In this document: one piece after another, positions 27,046 through 40,745 of the stretch
Position numbering within the stretch: the stretch's first letter is position 1
How the letters are laid out: every line of letters begins with the position of its first letter
Assembly: GCF_022045235.1 (NCBI RefSeq)
Contig: NW_027266274.1
Location: 6,634,001-6,698,000, forward strand
Origin: Haliotis cracherodii
Lineage: Eukaryota
Length of the DNA: 64,000 bases
Reading direction: 5' to 3'
Program-made: the position numbers and the translations under genes
The notes under the pieces: generated by a model
What the model was told of the DNA's origin: nothing
The model's input: the letters and a program-made list of their open reading frames with translations, nothing else
The model's database searches: none

Positions 27046-28039
27046 GAGTTTCAGTATATTTCACCACATTACTGTGGTTGTTTAATAAACAGCCTTTGAA
27101 TAACGAACCCGGTGCTGGCTTGTTTTTCGTAATTCGAAAAAAGAATAACGAGTAACGAACCCATTGCTTACTTCAGGCCCCTTTATAAAACAGAAGTTCC
27201 CTTAAGACAATATAGGTTCACGTGAACAGGCTTAGATGTTTACGACATTATTCAACCCACGTAACACGACTATTGTGCCGACACACCAAGAATCATACTC
27301 AGTGTCAGTCTGAGGCTCCAACTATAAACCAGCGGATCCTACGATATGATAAGAGGCGTTACTCAACACACAAACAAAAGCTGTGCCAATTCCCGAAAAA
27401 GCACGCAACGCCGATGCTGACGCTAATATTCATACAAAAGAAAAGGCGAAAATCATCACCGATCTGCCTTGACTAGTCGGGCTCAGATCTATTTTCTATT
27501 GCCATTAAGAACAGTTTACTGCAGATGGGTTGGCGAGCAGGTACTCTTGCACTCTTCCATGGTGAAGATGCGGAGATGTGAAGCATCATTTGAAAGACGT
27601 AAACTGTTGTGAATCACGAATAGCGCAAGCTGAGATCTCGAACTGAAGAAAACTAACCACCTGTGAGAACTGTTCCTGGTCATCCCTGTAATTGCATATA
27701 TAATACAGGTATTGATTCTGTGTGGGAGGGGATATAAATCAAGTACAAGTAGAGTTCTGTGGGTTTCCGTTTGCATATTTGACCTCTTTGTGTATACCCT
27801 AGACGGAGAGGTCCTCTGTGGATTCATATTTCATTCATTTCCTATTCCCTGTTCCCCCGCAGTAACTTAATTACATTGTGGGATGTTTGGTTCACAAACT
27901 GATCGTGATTCCTACACACGTTTTTATGATACAGTCGTAATCGAATAATCAACTCTTGCTTGAGCAGATTGTTATGGAATAATGATCATGGAATGGTTTT
28001 GTTTATTTGTAAACAACGCTCATGTAACCAATGGAAATT

Positions 28040-28640
28040 GCTTACATTAATGCTATTGTCATGTTCATTGGTCTTCCTGTCATGTTCGACGATGTTCTTT
28101 TCGTGTTTCTGTTTCTGTCACGGTCATTTGTGCTCTTACAATGGTCTTTGATGTTCATTCCACTGTCATCTATGTTCTTGTCACGGTCATCTGTGTCCTT
28201 GCGATGTTCATCGATGTTCTTGTCATGTTTATCGATGTTCTTGTCACAGTTATCTGTGTTCATGTCATGTTTATTGTCTTCTTGCCATGTTTATCAATGT
28301 TCTTGTCATGTTTATCGGTGTTCCTGTCACAGTTATCTGTGTTCATGTCATGTTTATTGTCTTCTTGCCTTGTTTATCGATGTTCTTGTCATGTTTATCG
28401 GTGTTCCTGTCACAGTTATCTGTGTTCATATCATGTTTATTGTCTTCTTGCCATGTTTATCGATGTTCTTGCCATATTTATGGAAGTTCTTGTCATGTTC
28501 GTCGATGTTCCTGTCACGGCCATCAGTGTTCCTGTTACGAACATCGGTACTCTTGTTATGTCATTTGTCTTCTTTACATACTCTGCTATATACATTTTCA
28601 TCGATCTGCTTGTCATTTTCTTAATGTTCTTGTCGTATTT
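28040..28640. repeat. Degenerate 21-bp minisatellite related to 15505-16300
   Basis: cttgtcatgtttatcgatgtt-type units. An inverted relative lies at about 26540-26750. Confidence 0.8.
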
Positions 28641-29057
28641 AGATTTATTCGTGCCACATTCTAAACTTCGCGGCGATCATGTTCTTCTACAATACGATTT
28701 GTTCACTCGAACTCACAGGGTCTTTTGAAATATATTGAGTTATCCGGTATTCGAGACAAGCTTTATATGAAGTTTCAAGCACCCTTACAGCTAAGCCTAA
28801 ACCATTACAGCATATTCGAAATTATGTCGGTTTTTTTTAAAAAAAACATGCAGAAACCTGTTTCCCTCCACGTAAGTACCTTATATATCAACAGTTCCAT
28901 ACAGCTATCGACATTTAGTTAAGGGTTTTATAATCATTAATGCGAATAATCTGCTATCAAAACATTTCATTTAAAGTCATGTTCATTCACATTTATCACT
29001 TCGACACCCACCCTTTTGGCCCAATTGAATCTGTTTTGACAGATAATGGCAGATACA

Positions 29058-29320
29058 GTTTTGTTTGTTTGTTGTTTAACACCGCACTCAGCAATATTCC
29101 AGCTATATGACGGCGGTCTGTAATTAATCGAGTCTGGACCAACAATCCAGTGATTGACATCATGAGCAATTGGGATACAATAACATGCATCAAACTAAGT
29201 CAGCGACCCTGACCACCCGATCCCGTTAGTCGCCTCTTACGACAACCATAGTCGTCTCTTACGTCAAGCATGCCTTTTGGGTTGCTGAAGACCTATTCTC
29301 TTCCCGGATCTGCACGGGTC
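29058..29320 (-). mobile_element. Family A retroposon
   Basis: Full-length homology with a (tttg)n tail. Confidence 0.85.
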
Positions 29321-29489
29321 AAGTACGTACTCGGGATAATGACTAAACAAACCAGCTGTCTCAACTGGCTTGGAAGAGATACCCAGTCGAGGGGTTTGCA
29401 ATCACTCACAGAGTCCCAGTGGTAGCAAACAAGACATACCAGAGTCAGCTGATCGTTTGTTCAAGTACCAGACCCTCACTTATTTATAG

Positions 29490-29767
29490 GGGGTACGGGT
29501 GGCCCAGTCGTATAAGGCGCCGCGATTCGCTGTGCCGAGTTACATCCCTTGGGCACGCCAGAAACCTATGATTGTGGGTTCGAATCCCGGTTCGCCCCGA
29601 TTATGTTTCCAGGTTTGTCAGCACCATACCCGTGATCGTGGGTTTCTTCGAAGTGGTAAACGTGTGAGACCTGCATCACTTCGGGCTTTCCTCCCACATT
29701 AAGCTGACACGCCGTGATATAACTGGAATACTGTTAAAAGCGGCGTTAAATCCAACTCACTCACTCA
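29490..29767 (+). mobile_element. SINE family C
   Basis: TSD tatttatag. Confidence 0.9.
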
Positions 29768-30601
29768 TATTTATAGCATTGGTTTGTCAGTACCCGTGCT
29801 CACAATGGTAAACGTCCACCACCTGCTCCGATTGGATTTACTTTTAAAGCGTTCGCTCGTCTCGCCGTATACCCGGGTTCGATTCCCCACATGGGTACAA
29901 TGTGTGAAGCCAATTTATGGTGTCCCCCGACGTGATATTGCTAAAAGCGGCGTAAAACCATACTCACTCACTCCTTCCCAGCTGAAACGCCTTTATGCGC
30001 TACTACATCCCCTTCCTCATAAGAATTCCAAATTCAATCATAAATAAATATCCTCGAGGTTTCCTTTGAGATTAAGTAGCCTGACAATCATCTCGTGATC
30101 AGAGTTTCTCGTCTTGATGTGTGATAAAGTATAATGTGTAAGGCAGTGGACTAAGCCTACCTGCTTTTAGAACAGAACGCCAAGGAAATGCGTTTATGGG
30201 CACATATAAGGATAACCACGCGATAAATCGCAATGAACAAGGAAGTGCGGTTTATTTCATGATAAAATATTGTTCTTTCATGACGCCATTTCTGGAGATT
30301 CGAACAACTTGATGACATCGCATATTGGACGACGCTATTTTTGAGAGGGAAGTGCCAGTGAGTTCCTCGTAGCTGTAGCTCGGCAACATAGATATACGCA
30401 ATGGCCAAACGATCTCTTCCAAAATTGGGAGAGGTATGACAATCGGTGTTGGGAAAAAAAGTACAGATATTTAACCGACGTGAAAATTGTGAGAAAATGC
30501 GGGAAAGACCAAATGAAACCCCCTGTTGATTAAATGGACTTGTCCGACGGATTCTATTCAGAGAATCATCATTATTTAAATACGGGTAAATATATTTAAA
30601 G

Positions 30602-30780
30602 TATAGTTAACTACGGTTATAACGAACACGCTTATAACGAACTAACGGATATAACGAACTAACTTTTTACTCCCGTCTATATGCTGTAGTTATGCTGTAT
30701 ATATGCTTATAACGAACTACGGTTATAACGAACTAAAATTAGTAGTCCCTTTGAATTCGTTGTAACCGTAGTTTACTATA
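30602..30780. mobile_element. pogo/Tigger-like MITE
   Basis: TIRs of about 25 bp (tatagttaactacggttataacgaa / ttcgttgtaaccgtagtttactata), internal ataacgaac repeats, TA ends. Confidence 0.75.
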
Positions 30781-30829
30781 TGTACCTTTTACTTACATTC
30801 TGTCAAAGGCTGTACGTAATGTTGACATC

Positions 30830-30972
30830 TCATATAAGACATAAACGACTCGTGGTCGTTGTTTATCATACAATAAAACACTGCAGGGAGAATAAACCAT
30901 TCATGGTTTATTCTCTCTGCAGTGTTTTATTGTACGATAAACAACTCCCACTCGTTTATTTCTTGAATGAAT
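30830..30972. mobile_element. Palindromic (fold-back) MITE-like element
   Basis: Arms of about 70 bp centred on aataaaccat-tc-atggtttatt, few mismatches. Confidence 0.7.
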
Positions 30973-31388
30973 ATGTTTTTGCCTTCCGAGACAAGCGATC
31001 CGTTATGCAGATTGGAACCCATCATATTAGTTCCGTCAACTTGATACAGGCGACCAATTACGCTGGAACTCTGTAATAATTAAAGCTATGGAAACTTGTA
31101 CAATCAATAACGCGCGTGGACCGATGTATCACGAGTTCCATTCTTTGAATAAAGCCTTTGAATTGTCACTTCAAAGAAAATATTTATACCTTATTCGATA
31201 TCGCTGACAGAGCGATATAAAACGTTCCCTTACTAACACTAATCTATACTGAGATTAGTTCACCGTGAATGCATTCTGTCATGTCCTATATATCAGTCAT
31301 TGCCTTGTCTCAGTGGCATGGTAGCAATTCCTGCAACTGACTGCGCGAGAAGGAAGGTTGCATGCATGGAATGAACACCTGTGTTCAG

Positions 31389-31430
<42 letters not shown>

Positions 31431-31432
<2 letters not shown>

Positions 31433-31992
31433 TACCCAGAATATGTAGAGGGCGTCATGGAAAATGATAAATACAAAATTCTTTGGAATAGGCCCTTTTG
31501 CAGTATCCAGGCCAACAAACCTGATCTTGTCCTTTTTGATAAATCCAATGAAATCATTTATATCATTGAATTTTCTGTCCCTTCTGACAGTAATGTGATT
31601 GACAAGATTAAGGAAAAACATGGCAAATATGCAGACCTCGCATTCGAAATGTCACGCTTGCATCCAAAGTACCATGTTGTCCGACTCCCCATTGTTCTCG
31701 GTGCCTTAGGTTTGGTATCTCCCAATCTGTTGACTGACATTGGGAGAGTACCCGGGTTTGCAAGCAGGAATACAGCCCTTCTGACAATCTGGGTAATGCA
31801 GAAGGCTGCAGTGTTGGGGAGTCTTCACATTCTTAAATGTTCTGGGTGGGTTTGAGTAGGCAGCGCTTCCTGGGAGAAGTCCCATTCGCTGTCTAGGCTG
31901 CGTGTAGAGGGGGCAAGGGCCCTGAGCTGATGATGAGCCTAACCTGACTGTGCCAGGATCACCAAAACCCTATTTGCTGCAATTAATCTGTA
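31431..31992 (+). mobile_element. 5'-truncated R4/Dong-type (restriction-like endonuclease) non-LTR retrotransposon inserted in a (TAA)n tract
   Basis: Peptide ENDKYKILWN...NKPDLVLFDK...IIEFSVP...KYADLA...PIVLGALG...QKAAVLGSLHIL matches the RLE domain. (TAA)n lies on both sides (31391-31430 and about 31993-32036). Confidence 0.85.
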
Positions 31993-32037
<45 letters not shown>

Positions 32038-32479
32038 GCATTCATAGAAGATATTTATACCTTCTTAATAACGCCGATCTATACTTAATCTGTAGATAAT
32101 AAATGAATGAATGAATGAATAAAGCTGCTCTTTTCGGCACAGATTTACATTTGAAACAGCGTGGGGGTCTTGTGGTTGCAGATTCATATCTTACCCGAGT
32201 GTTCATTGAAACATTTTATTTTTACACCAAGTTACCCAGCCACAGATTACTGTTAATTTACTGTTGCAGGAATGAGTGATGGTTAAATAATCATAATATA
32301 CATTTAACAACATTTTTTTTTAATTTCATTAATATAAAAAAAAACTCGGTATACTTCCTTTTCCTCCTCAGTTTAGATAAAACACAGAACGTGAACGAGA
32401 GAGCTTAAAATTAAAGCTTTCAACAATATTTCAGTTATATCGCAACATTTTGAGAATCGGGTTGGAAGCGGTCTTAAAG

Positions 32480-32685
32480 AACCCATGCTTGTCGTAAGAG
32501 ACGACTAACGGGATCGGGTTGTCAGGCTCTCTGACTTAGTTGATGCATGTCATCATATCCAAGTTGCGTAGATCGATGCTTAATAATGTCGATCACTGGA
32601 TTGTCTGGTCCAAACTCGATTATTTACAGACCAACGTCATTTCGCTGTAATATTGCTAAGAGCGACGTTAAGCAACAAATAAACT
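32480..32685 (+). mobile_element. Family A retroposon, degraded 5' end
   Basis: acccatgcttgtcgtaagagacgactaacggg...gacgttaagcaacaaat. Confidence 0.8.
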
Positions 32686-32931
32686 AACACACATATCATG
32701 CAATATTATGTCCCTTCAATGAGGAAATCGCCCAGATCTTAAACCAATCTCTCTATGGTAAAAAACCCACGAGCATGCTTATGTTGCTGATAAACCACAA
32801 ACAGTGCGAATCTGAGAGTTGAACCCACGATCATACAACTCGGTTAAACCAAAGGGGCAATTTGCGGCGTCCAGGAGACGCTGGCCACCTGACTTCAAGG
32901 CAATAAACGCATAAGATAAAGAGACAAATAA

Positions 32932-33082
32932 CTACAGTAAACAACGGTTATAACGAACTCAAAGGGTCCAATAATTTTAGGTCATTATAACCGTAGTTCG
33001 TTATTAGCATGTATATAGCAAATGGACGGGTCCAATAAGAAGTTCGTTATATCCGCTAGTTCATGAGAAGCGTGTTCGTACA
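32932..33082. mobile_element. Second, inverted and partial copy of the pogo/Tigger-like MITE
   Basis: Starts tacagtaaacaacggttataacgaac. Body is the reverse complement of 30602-30780. Confidence 0.6.
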
Positions 33083-34944
33083 AGGGGATTTGTTATCCCA
33101 TTTAGAAACATTTATTTAGCTAAGCCACTCTCGTGTTCTGAAAACGTAATAAAAGCCCCCTTTGCTGTTTTTGAGGAAAAAGTGACTGAATTTACATTCG
33201 ATATATTTCAATCAGCATCAAACAAACTATAACGAAAGAGCTGAAAGGAATATTTGCAACGTAATGCTATATACATAAGACAGGATATTATGGCAAGAAT
33301 GAGACATCCCAGGGACACCAATTACGTTTGCCAACATTGAGAAAACGGGAATTTGGCCATAAAGTTTAAATTAAATTTAAGGTATATCGTCATCTCATAT
33401 CGTTAATAATTGACAAAAATCCTATTCCCGTTCACTGATTTACCCAAAGCTAGAAAAATTAAAACTAGTGAAACAGTCTCATTGTTTCATATTCAGATCC
33501 ATGCGTACAGATTCATACGACTCTTGCTCAAAAGTTGGTTGATCACGTTACAGCAAGGCCTTTCAAAATTTGAAGCATCAGTGACCAAAAAGGTCAAATG
33601 CAATTCTCTGTTTTGACTTGTACAATATGTTCAACAACTGACTTGTCATTTAGCGAACACCAGGTATCATAACTATTTGATAGTGATTCATAAACAAATG
33701 CAATGATATAGTCGGGTTCCAACAATGGACTCTGATTGTGATAATGGAAAAAGTTTTGCCGGTTGTAAACTCATAATAATTACTGTCAATTAAAAGATTA
33801 CCTCGTTTACGTGTACGTAGATCTGACCCCAAAAGCGATGTTATATTGCCGTTATAGCGTTAAAAGCGTTCATTCTCTCGTTATGTGAAAATCTAGTTAT
33901 ACAGACCGACCAGTACACGTTCAAAGCCAACATAAGTCCAATGGAAGTTTTCTCGCCCAGACGCCAAGGTCATGGCTGAAGAAACTCAAACAGTCCAAAC
34001 GTGGCTGCTAGAAGATATCAGGGTCATTATGGAGATTTGACGGGATCCTGTTGAAACTGGCACAGTGATTTGCACTTAAGCTGAGGAGAATTGAAACCAT
34101 CACACAATGGTTTGGGTGCAATTAGGTGAAATCCATTGTCACAGTTAACGAACAGTAGATCCGCATCGTGCCAATATGTTCCATAGGATTACCACATACG
34201 TGGCTTACGATCCTATTGATTCTGATGAAGACGTGAATTTATATACCTGATACTGATTTGCCACTTGGGCTTAAGTGTGCAATTATTGGATACCAAGTGT
34301 ACGTTGTGTTGAATCCGTTTCTTGCTAATAAAACAAAGGGATTGTAACGGCATAATTGGTTTCCAGACGTGAAAACATGAAAGTATTCTCCAACTGATCA
34401 GTCTCCATACATTTGACGAGTCTCTGTAGACGAAAACAAATATAAGAAATTATGTAAGAAAAATGGAAAGCGAAGTGTCACGTTTGTGTAGGTTTGAGGG
34501 AACATCTTTCGAGAACATTCAACTCTCGGTGCCTACAGCAATATTACAGCTTTATGACGTTGGTCTGTAAATAATAGGGTTTGAAAACAAGCCATTGCAC
34601 CAGGAGGAATTCCCATGATGGCGGCCATATTGGATATTGTATGGATATTTAAGACAAGTGTTTGCCACAGTGGTGAGTGAATGAATGAGTGGGATGTTAA
34701 GCTCCGTAACGCAGCATCCCACAGCAATATCACGATATCGGCTTTACACCTTCACATACTGTTCTCAAGTTGGGAATCGTAACAGGATCTTATGCGTGTC
34801 GAACGAACGCTGAAACCAGTAGGCTATCACATCCCAAAATATCAGCAACAGCTGAACGAGGGCGTAGCGATTATGTAATACATTGTACTTACGTTATCTG
34901 TTGCTGAAAAAGTTTACATTGTCCCTTGTTTGGGTCTATATTTT

Positions 34945-35349
34945 TGTGTTTGTTTGTTTGTTTGTTTAACGCCGAGTTGCACCAGACAATCAAGTGATTG
35001 ACATCATGAGCATCGATCCACGCAGTTGGGATACGATGACATGCATCAACCAAGTCAGCGTGCCTGACCACCCGATCCCGTTAGTCGCCGTAAGTTGCTT
35101 AACGTCGCTCTTAGCAATATTACAGCTTTATGACGTTGGTCTGTAATTAATCGAGTTTGGACCAGACCATCCAGTGATTGACTTAATTAAACATCGTTCT
35201 ACGCAACTTGGATATAATGACGTGCATCAACCAATACAGCGTGCTTGACCACCCGATCCCGTTAGCCGCCTCTTACGACAGGCGTAGTCGCCATTTACGG
35301 CAAGCATGGGTTGCTGAAGACCTATACCAGCCCGGATCGTCACGGGTCT
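34945..35349 (-). mobile_element. Two adjacent family A copies (deleted copy about 34945-35090, near-full copy about 35094-35349)
   Basis: Two successive homologous blocks, each with accacccgatcccgttag. Confidence 0.8.
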
Positions 35350-35891
35350 TGAGTCAGTAATATGTTTGATCATATTATTGATCCTACTTTTATTACTATC
35401 ATAACATTACTTTTCTAAAATCCGGGTTTTTTTCATGTCGTAACGTTTGGTCAATTCAGACTCTTGTTAACAGCATCAAACAATTATTTCAACCACAGCT
35501 ATCATTTCAAAGTTGTTTCTCAGTGTTACTGTCCTGTGAGTTTACATTTTCAAAGAGAGACGGAATGTTAAGTTTCACATTTAACCTGATAATGAGACAG
35601 GTCGACTGGAGGTAGATTCTTGGAAGATTTTGTTTCAAGATATAAAATCAATATCTGTTAAAGGTCAAAGTTATTAGAAGCCTCCTTGACGCTGGTGATA
35701 ATTGGCAAATTACGAATTGATTTCTGACGTGGAATACCACAAAATGTAGCAGATTTTCGACAGCTTCAAGGTGACATATCAGAGACGCTCAGAAGTGCCC
35801 GCGTAGCCGCCGGTTATCAGGAAACCACCACGGACTGGAGGGAGACCATGGCGTATTCAAATACATTGCGGTACACGTGTCCTCCTCGTCA

Positions 35892-36152
35892 TGGGGGCAC
35901 GGGTGGACGAGTCGCCTAAGGCACGCAATTCCTTGTGTAGAGATGCGTCACTTGGGCACGCCAGAAACCTATGATCGTGAGTTCGAATCCCGGTTCGCCC
36001 CGCTAATGTTTCCAGGTTTGTCAGTTCCAGTTCGGTTTTACCGAAGTGGTAAATGTCTAAAAATGGCAACACCGCTGGCTTTCCTCCCACATCAAATAAA
36101 CACGCCGGGTCATAACTGGAATACGGCTAGAAGCGGTGTGAAACCAAACCAA
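35892..36152 (+). mobile_element. SINE family C, diverged
   Basis: Homology to other family C copies. Confidence 0.8.
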
Positions 36153-36898
36153 TAATTAGAATGGCCTTGAACATTGAAGGCTTGTTTACTCTTTGTTTGC
36201 GTGAGCAACGCATTTATTTTCGAGTTATCAGTTCTTCGAGACAAGCGAGTTTACTCTATTAGAGATTATGGGGTGGGGTGGGGGCAATGATGAAATAACA
36301 GCGAAAGAAGGGGTCGCCAATACTTATCACACCAAATAGGGGAGGGAGGCATGAAAAAAACAGGGTACTATTTTTCAAATAAAAAGTTTTTTTAAGGACT
36401 AGTCATGTATCATAAGGGCGGAGGAGGGGTGGTGAAAGGGTCATGGAAAACTGTTACCTAAACACTAAAAATCCAAAGACCAATCGCTCTCTTTCTGTGT
36501 CTCTCTCTCTAGGTCTCTCTTCTGTTAGGTGTGATGACATTTTACATCATTTGAGGCAGCAGACAAAGTGTGTTTTGAATGTCTTACCAAGACAGACTGG
36601 ACTGACTTAGTCCTTTCATATAAAGAACAAATGAAAGTGCACAAAGCCAAGTATATCAGTAGCTGAATGTGCGGGAGTTTGTTTATTACCGCTTTGAACA
36701 GTATTTCAGTTTAATCACGGCAGGTCAGCTTAATGAGGTGGAAAGCCCGAAGAGATGCAAGACTAAGGAACAAAAGTCTGTACAGCTTATTACAGTTCTT
36801 GTGACGACTGGGCCACCCGCGTCACCCGTATGCATAGTTGCACCAGAACAATAACACTAATAAAATGAAACGGTAATTATTATTCAATGTCTTTGCAG

Positions 36899-37037
36899 GT
36901 GTTCGATGCACTCATCATCCTTGCGTCCTTCATTGTCGATCTGGTGTTCCTCAAGGGGCTTGCAGACTTCGCTATCGATGACTCCATATTTATACTCGCC
37001 TTCCTCCTTCCCTGGAGAGTTATACGTGTCGTAAATA
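36899..37037 (+). CDS. Hv3-like proton channel exon: S3-S4 (VFDALIILASFIVDLVFLKGLADFAIDDSIFILAFLLPWRVIRVVN)
   Basis: Acceptor tctttgcag| and donor A|gtaagt (phase 1). S3 keeps both Asp of Hv1 (LDAVVVVVSFILD). S4 has the Hv signature WRxxRxxN. Confidence 0.93.
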
Positions 37038-38399
37038 GTAAGTTACCTCCCTTGACCACTGCCATAACGCTTTGTTGGAACGAATAGGAGGGTCATCTGG
37101 CTTAGGGACTGGTCATTTATTATAGGTGGAGGTGGAGGAATGATGGTCAGGACTATGTCACATTTTGCCTCCCCCAACCCTACATCCCCATTTTATATGT
37201 AACACTTATTCTTCCTCTTCTTCCTGATTCTGAATCATCCTCTCCCTTTAATAAACTATCAGACCCTAAGTAATTATCGAATTTATATTAAAAATGTATT
37301 CGACGCTTTATCATGCCCTGTATTGTTGTGATAAATGTTGGCGGTGATATTTTTATAATCCCCCAATTTCATCACGTTACTCCTCCCACCACTGTAATAA
37401 ATTACCATTTCCTAACACAGGAACCGTGATCAGGATTCGATACATTCCTGTACAGAACTGCCAAATTTATTGCATATTAAGAAATCGAGTCGGTAAGGTC
37501 GATTAGAAACCGGTTTCCAACCCACATTGCAACAGGAAAACTTTCCTTGGAGACCAAGCCTACATTTACTTCGTCATCCGACCCTTTAGCCACCTCATGG
37601 CAATAAAGAACCTTGGGAAAAAAGCACGGATTTATTTTTAACTCAACACGGACAATCATGTCGGGGGAAAGTAAATGTCATCAGATATATCGATTTTGAC
37701 TTGAGGAATCGCATCACTGTCTTCGAGTGAGTTTATGCGGCCTGTGGCAAATGAGACTGGCCATTACCACGAGAACTGTAGATGCCGGAGTTCTCGGTCA
37801 GAACGAGATGGCCTTCGCCGTCTGATTTGGCGCTTGAAACATTTTCTCTCAGGGGTAGGAGGGTTAATTATATCACGCGTTTCGCCAGGCATTATATTGC
37901 TGTAGTGGAACTTTGCAAATAGTTTTCGAATGAGGACACCGTGTAGTCGTTATTATTTCAAATTATTTCTATCCTGCGCACAAAATTGGTATTTTCAGCT
38001 TTATCACGAAATAATCAACTTTCACATAGAGCCATCTCGCTGAATCTTAGTACACAAAGTTGATGCACGATATTTGTGACTTGTAGTGTGATGTTTAATG
38101 ATACGCACATGAAGATGCTTTGTCTGTTGCTTTAACATACGTTTATGCAGTATTGAATGAAGCAGGATACATTGAACAAACGGAAGCAGATTCTCACGTG
38201 TAGGTTTGGGCTTTTGTCGCGTCCATTTGGTGACTTCAGTTTGAAGTAAACCTAAGCCGCTTAAAATGTTTTTCTTCGAAATGGTGGTGGCTTTTAGTTT
38301 CAGTATACACATTTTTCGTTATTATTATCATTATTATTATTATTGTTGTTATTATTATTATCATTATTATTATTATTCCATAGTAGTGGAGTTGCAGTT

Positions 38400-39260
38400 C
38401 CATATACATCTAGCGTAACATTTTACATCGATATACAGACTGAACTGTTGAAATCTCTTTTCGGGAATCTATATACCCACACTTATGAATGGTTCTCAAA
38501 GATGCAATGTCATTAGCTTAAGTCCTACGAACAGCCACTGCAGTACCGCATGGCGGTATATTACATAAACAACATTACATCCCTATCATCGCTGCCATAC
38601 ATACACAACGTCCGCACAATGATGTCTTTTAATTGCATAAGGAGTCCTGTTTTCCTCGGTTAGAGCAGCGGATCCATAAATCTCTCCTCAGGAACTATGT
38701 TCTCTTGTCATATAGTGCTATACGATGACGTAATCTTCCTCCTTCCCACGATTAACATCACCCAGATGAATATCTGGTGACGAAACTAAGTTAGAACTGC
38801 CAATCCAATAAGTGATTTTTCATGTTTACCCCATGCTTAACAAACCCGGTTTAGACGTATATATTTTTAAGCAACAGGGAGTGTTGTACAAACCCAATCA
38901 GCGAGAGTCCGCAGCGAGTAGGAGTGTTGGTTTGTCCCATTTGCCTGCACATCAAACGAAACTTCATCCATACCCTGGGATGACACACTGGTGGCTAGTC
39001 CCCAATTAGCCAGTGTTTCCACTCGGTTGACTTCTGTAGACTCTCCCAAGAGAAGAGGCAGTCAAACGCCATTTGGCCTGACATAAGCTGGAAGACACTT
39101 CTGACTGCTGGCGTCCTCTCCGACCAGTCATGTATGAAGGACTCGGGACGAGACTTCCTCGGGGAAAGGGGTTTTATTGATGGGGAGACTTGAACCCATT
39201 TGTTTGGTCTGGAAATGAAATGGTGATTTTTCAGATGACATGATACATCTTTGCGTCATT
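38400..39260 (-). pseudogene. Possible very decayed DIRS-type (tyrosine recombinase) retroelement remnant
   Basis: Only short motifs, such as SSLCQAKW resembling the DIRS YR N-terminus. Similar weak hints at about 4750-6450 (+) and 10150-10450 (-). Confidence 0.25.
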
Positions 39261-39745
39261 ATGTTTGGGATGTCTGATGCTCAGAGAACAGATGGACAAA
39301 GTATGTTAAAACTCTTAGATGTAGCTACTTCCGGGTAGTTTTCCATCTGGCCGTCTGTGCAGACAACTGCGATACGTTGTTTATATCTGGTGAAGTGTCC
39401 TGATGTTGGGATGTGGACTTCAAAACCCATCTCTTCTTAACCCATAATTGACACTGACATGCGAATATGAGATTCCCAAGGTAAATATAAAAAAAACACT
39501 GAACACAACATGTACCTTTTGGTAAATAACATTGGCACATAACCCTTTTACTATAATACCCTTTGTTCTTAAAACGTTGCTACCGACCATGAAATAACGT
39601 CAAAATATTATGTTTCTAAAGACACCTCCAACCCCTTTACCCATCCGAAAATGACCACGCCCATACACTTTCGCGCATTCCCGACGATAAAATACTCCAT
39701 CTGAACCGGCATATTGTCGTTGTAGGAGAATCTGGCTTGGGGGAA

Positions 39746-40745
39746 CATTATTTTATACTTTCTTGCAGATGCCATTTTAACACCAATACGCTGTATACCA
39801 CATGTACATACGCAGATTATGGATGTAGTAAAGATACATTATTTTATACTTTCTTGCAGATGCCATTTTAACACCAATACGCTGTATACCACATGTACAT
39901 ATGCAGATTATGGATGTAGTAAAGATACATTATTTCATACTTTCTTGCAGATGCCATTTTAACACTAATACGCTATATCCCACATGTACATACGCAGATT
40001 ATGGATGTAGTAAAGATACATTATTTTATACTTTCTTGCAGATGCCATTTTAACACCAATACGCTGTATACCACATGTACATACGCAGATTATGGATGTA
40101 GTAAAGATACATTATTTCATACTTTCTTGCAGATGCCATTTTAACACCAATACGCTATATCCCACATGTACATATGCAGATTATGGATGTAGTAAAGATT
40201 CATTATTTCATACTTTCTTGCAGATGCCATTTTAACACCAATACGCTATATCCCACATGTACATATGCAGATTATGGATGTAGTAAAGATACATTATTTC
40301 ATACTTTCTTGCAGATGCCATTTTAACACCAATACGCTATATCCCACATGTACATATGCAGATTATGGATGTAGTAAAGATACATTATTTTATACTTTCT
40401 TGCAGATGCCATTTTAACACCAATACGCTGTATACCACATGTACATACGCAGATTATGGATGTAGTAAAGATACATTATTTTATACTTTCTTGCAGATGC
40501 CATTTTAACACCAATACGCTATATCCCACATGTACATATGCAGATTATGGATGTAGTAAAGATACATTATTTTATACTTTCTTGCAGATGCCATTTTAAC
40601 ACCAATACGCTGTATACCACATGTACATATGCAGATTATGGATGTAGTAAAGATACATTATTTTATACTTTCTTGCAGATGCCATTTTAATACAAATACG
40701 CTGTATCCCACATGTACATATGCAGATTATGGATGTAGTAAAAGA
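39746..40745. repeat. 91-bp tandem repeat, about 11 near-identical copies
   Basis: Unit starts at 39746, 39837 and so on. Confidence 0.95.

Noticed and set aside
31921-31972. CTGATGA motif in the Dong-like 3'UTR as a hammerhead core
   Set aside because: No GAAA following a stem II, so the core is incomplete.
39746-40745. CRISPR-like regular arrays (also 55350-55905 and 16970-17432)
   Set aside because: No unique spacers, units are contiguous tandem copies, no cas genes, eukaryotic context.
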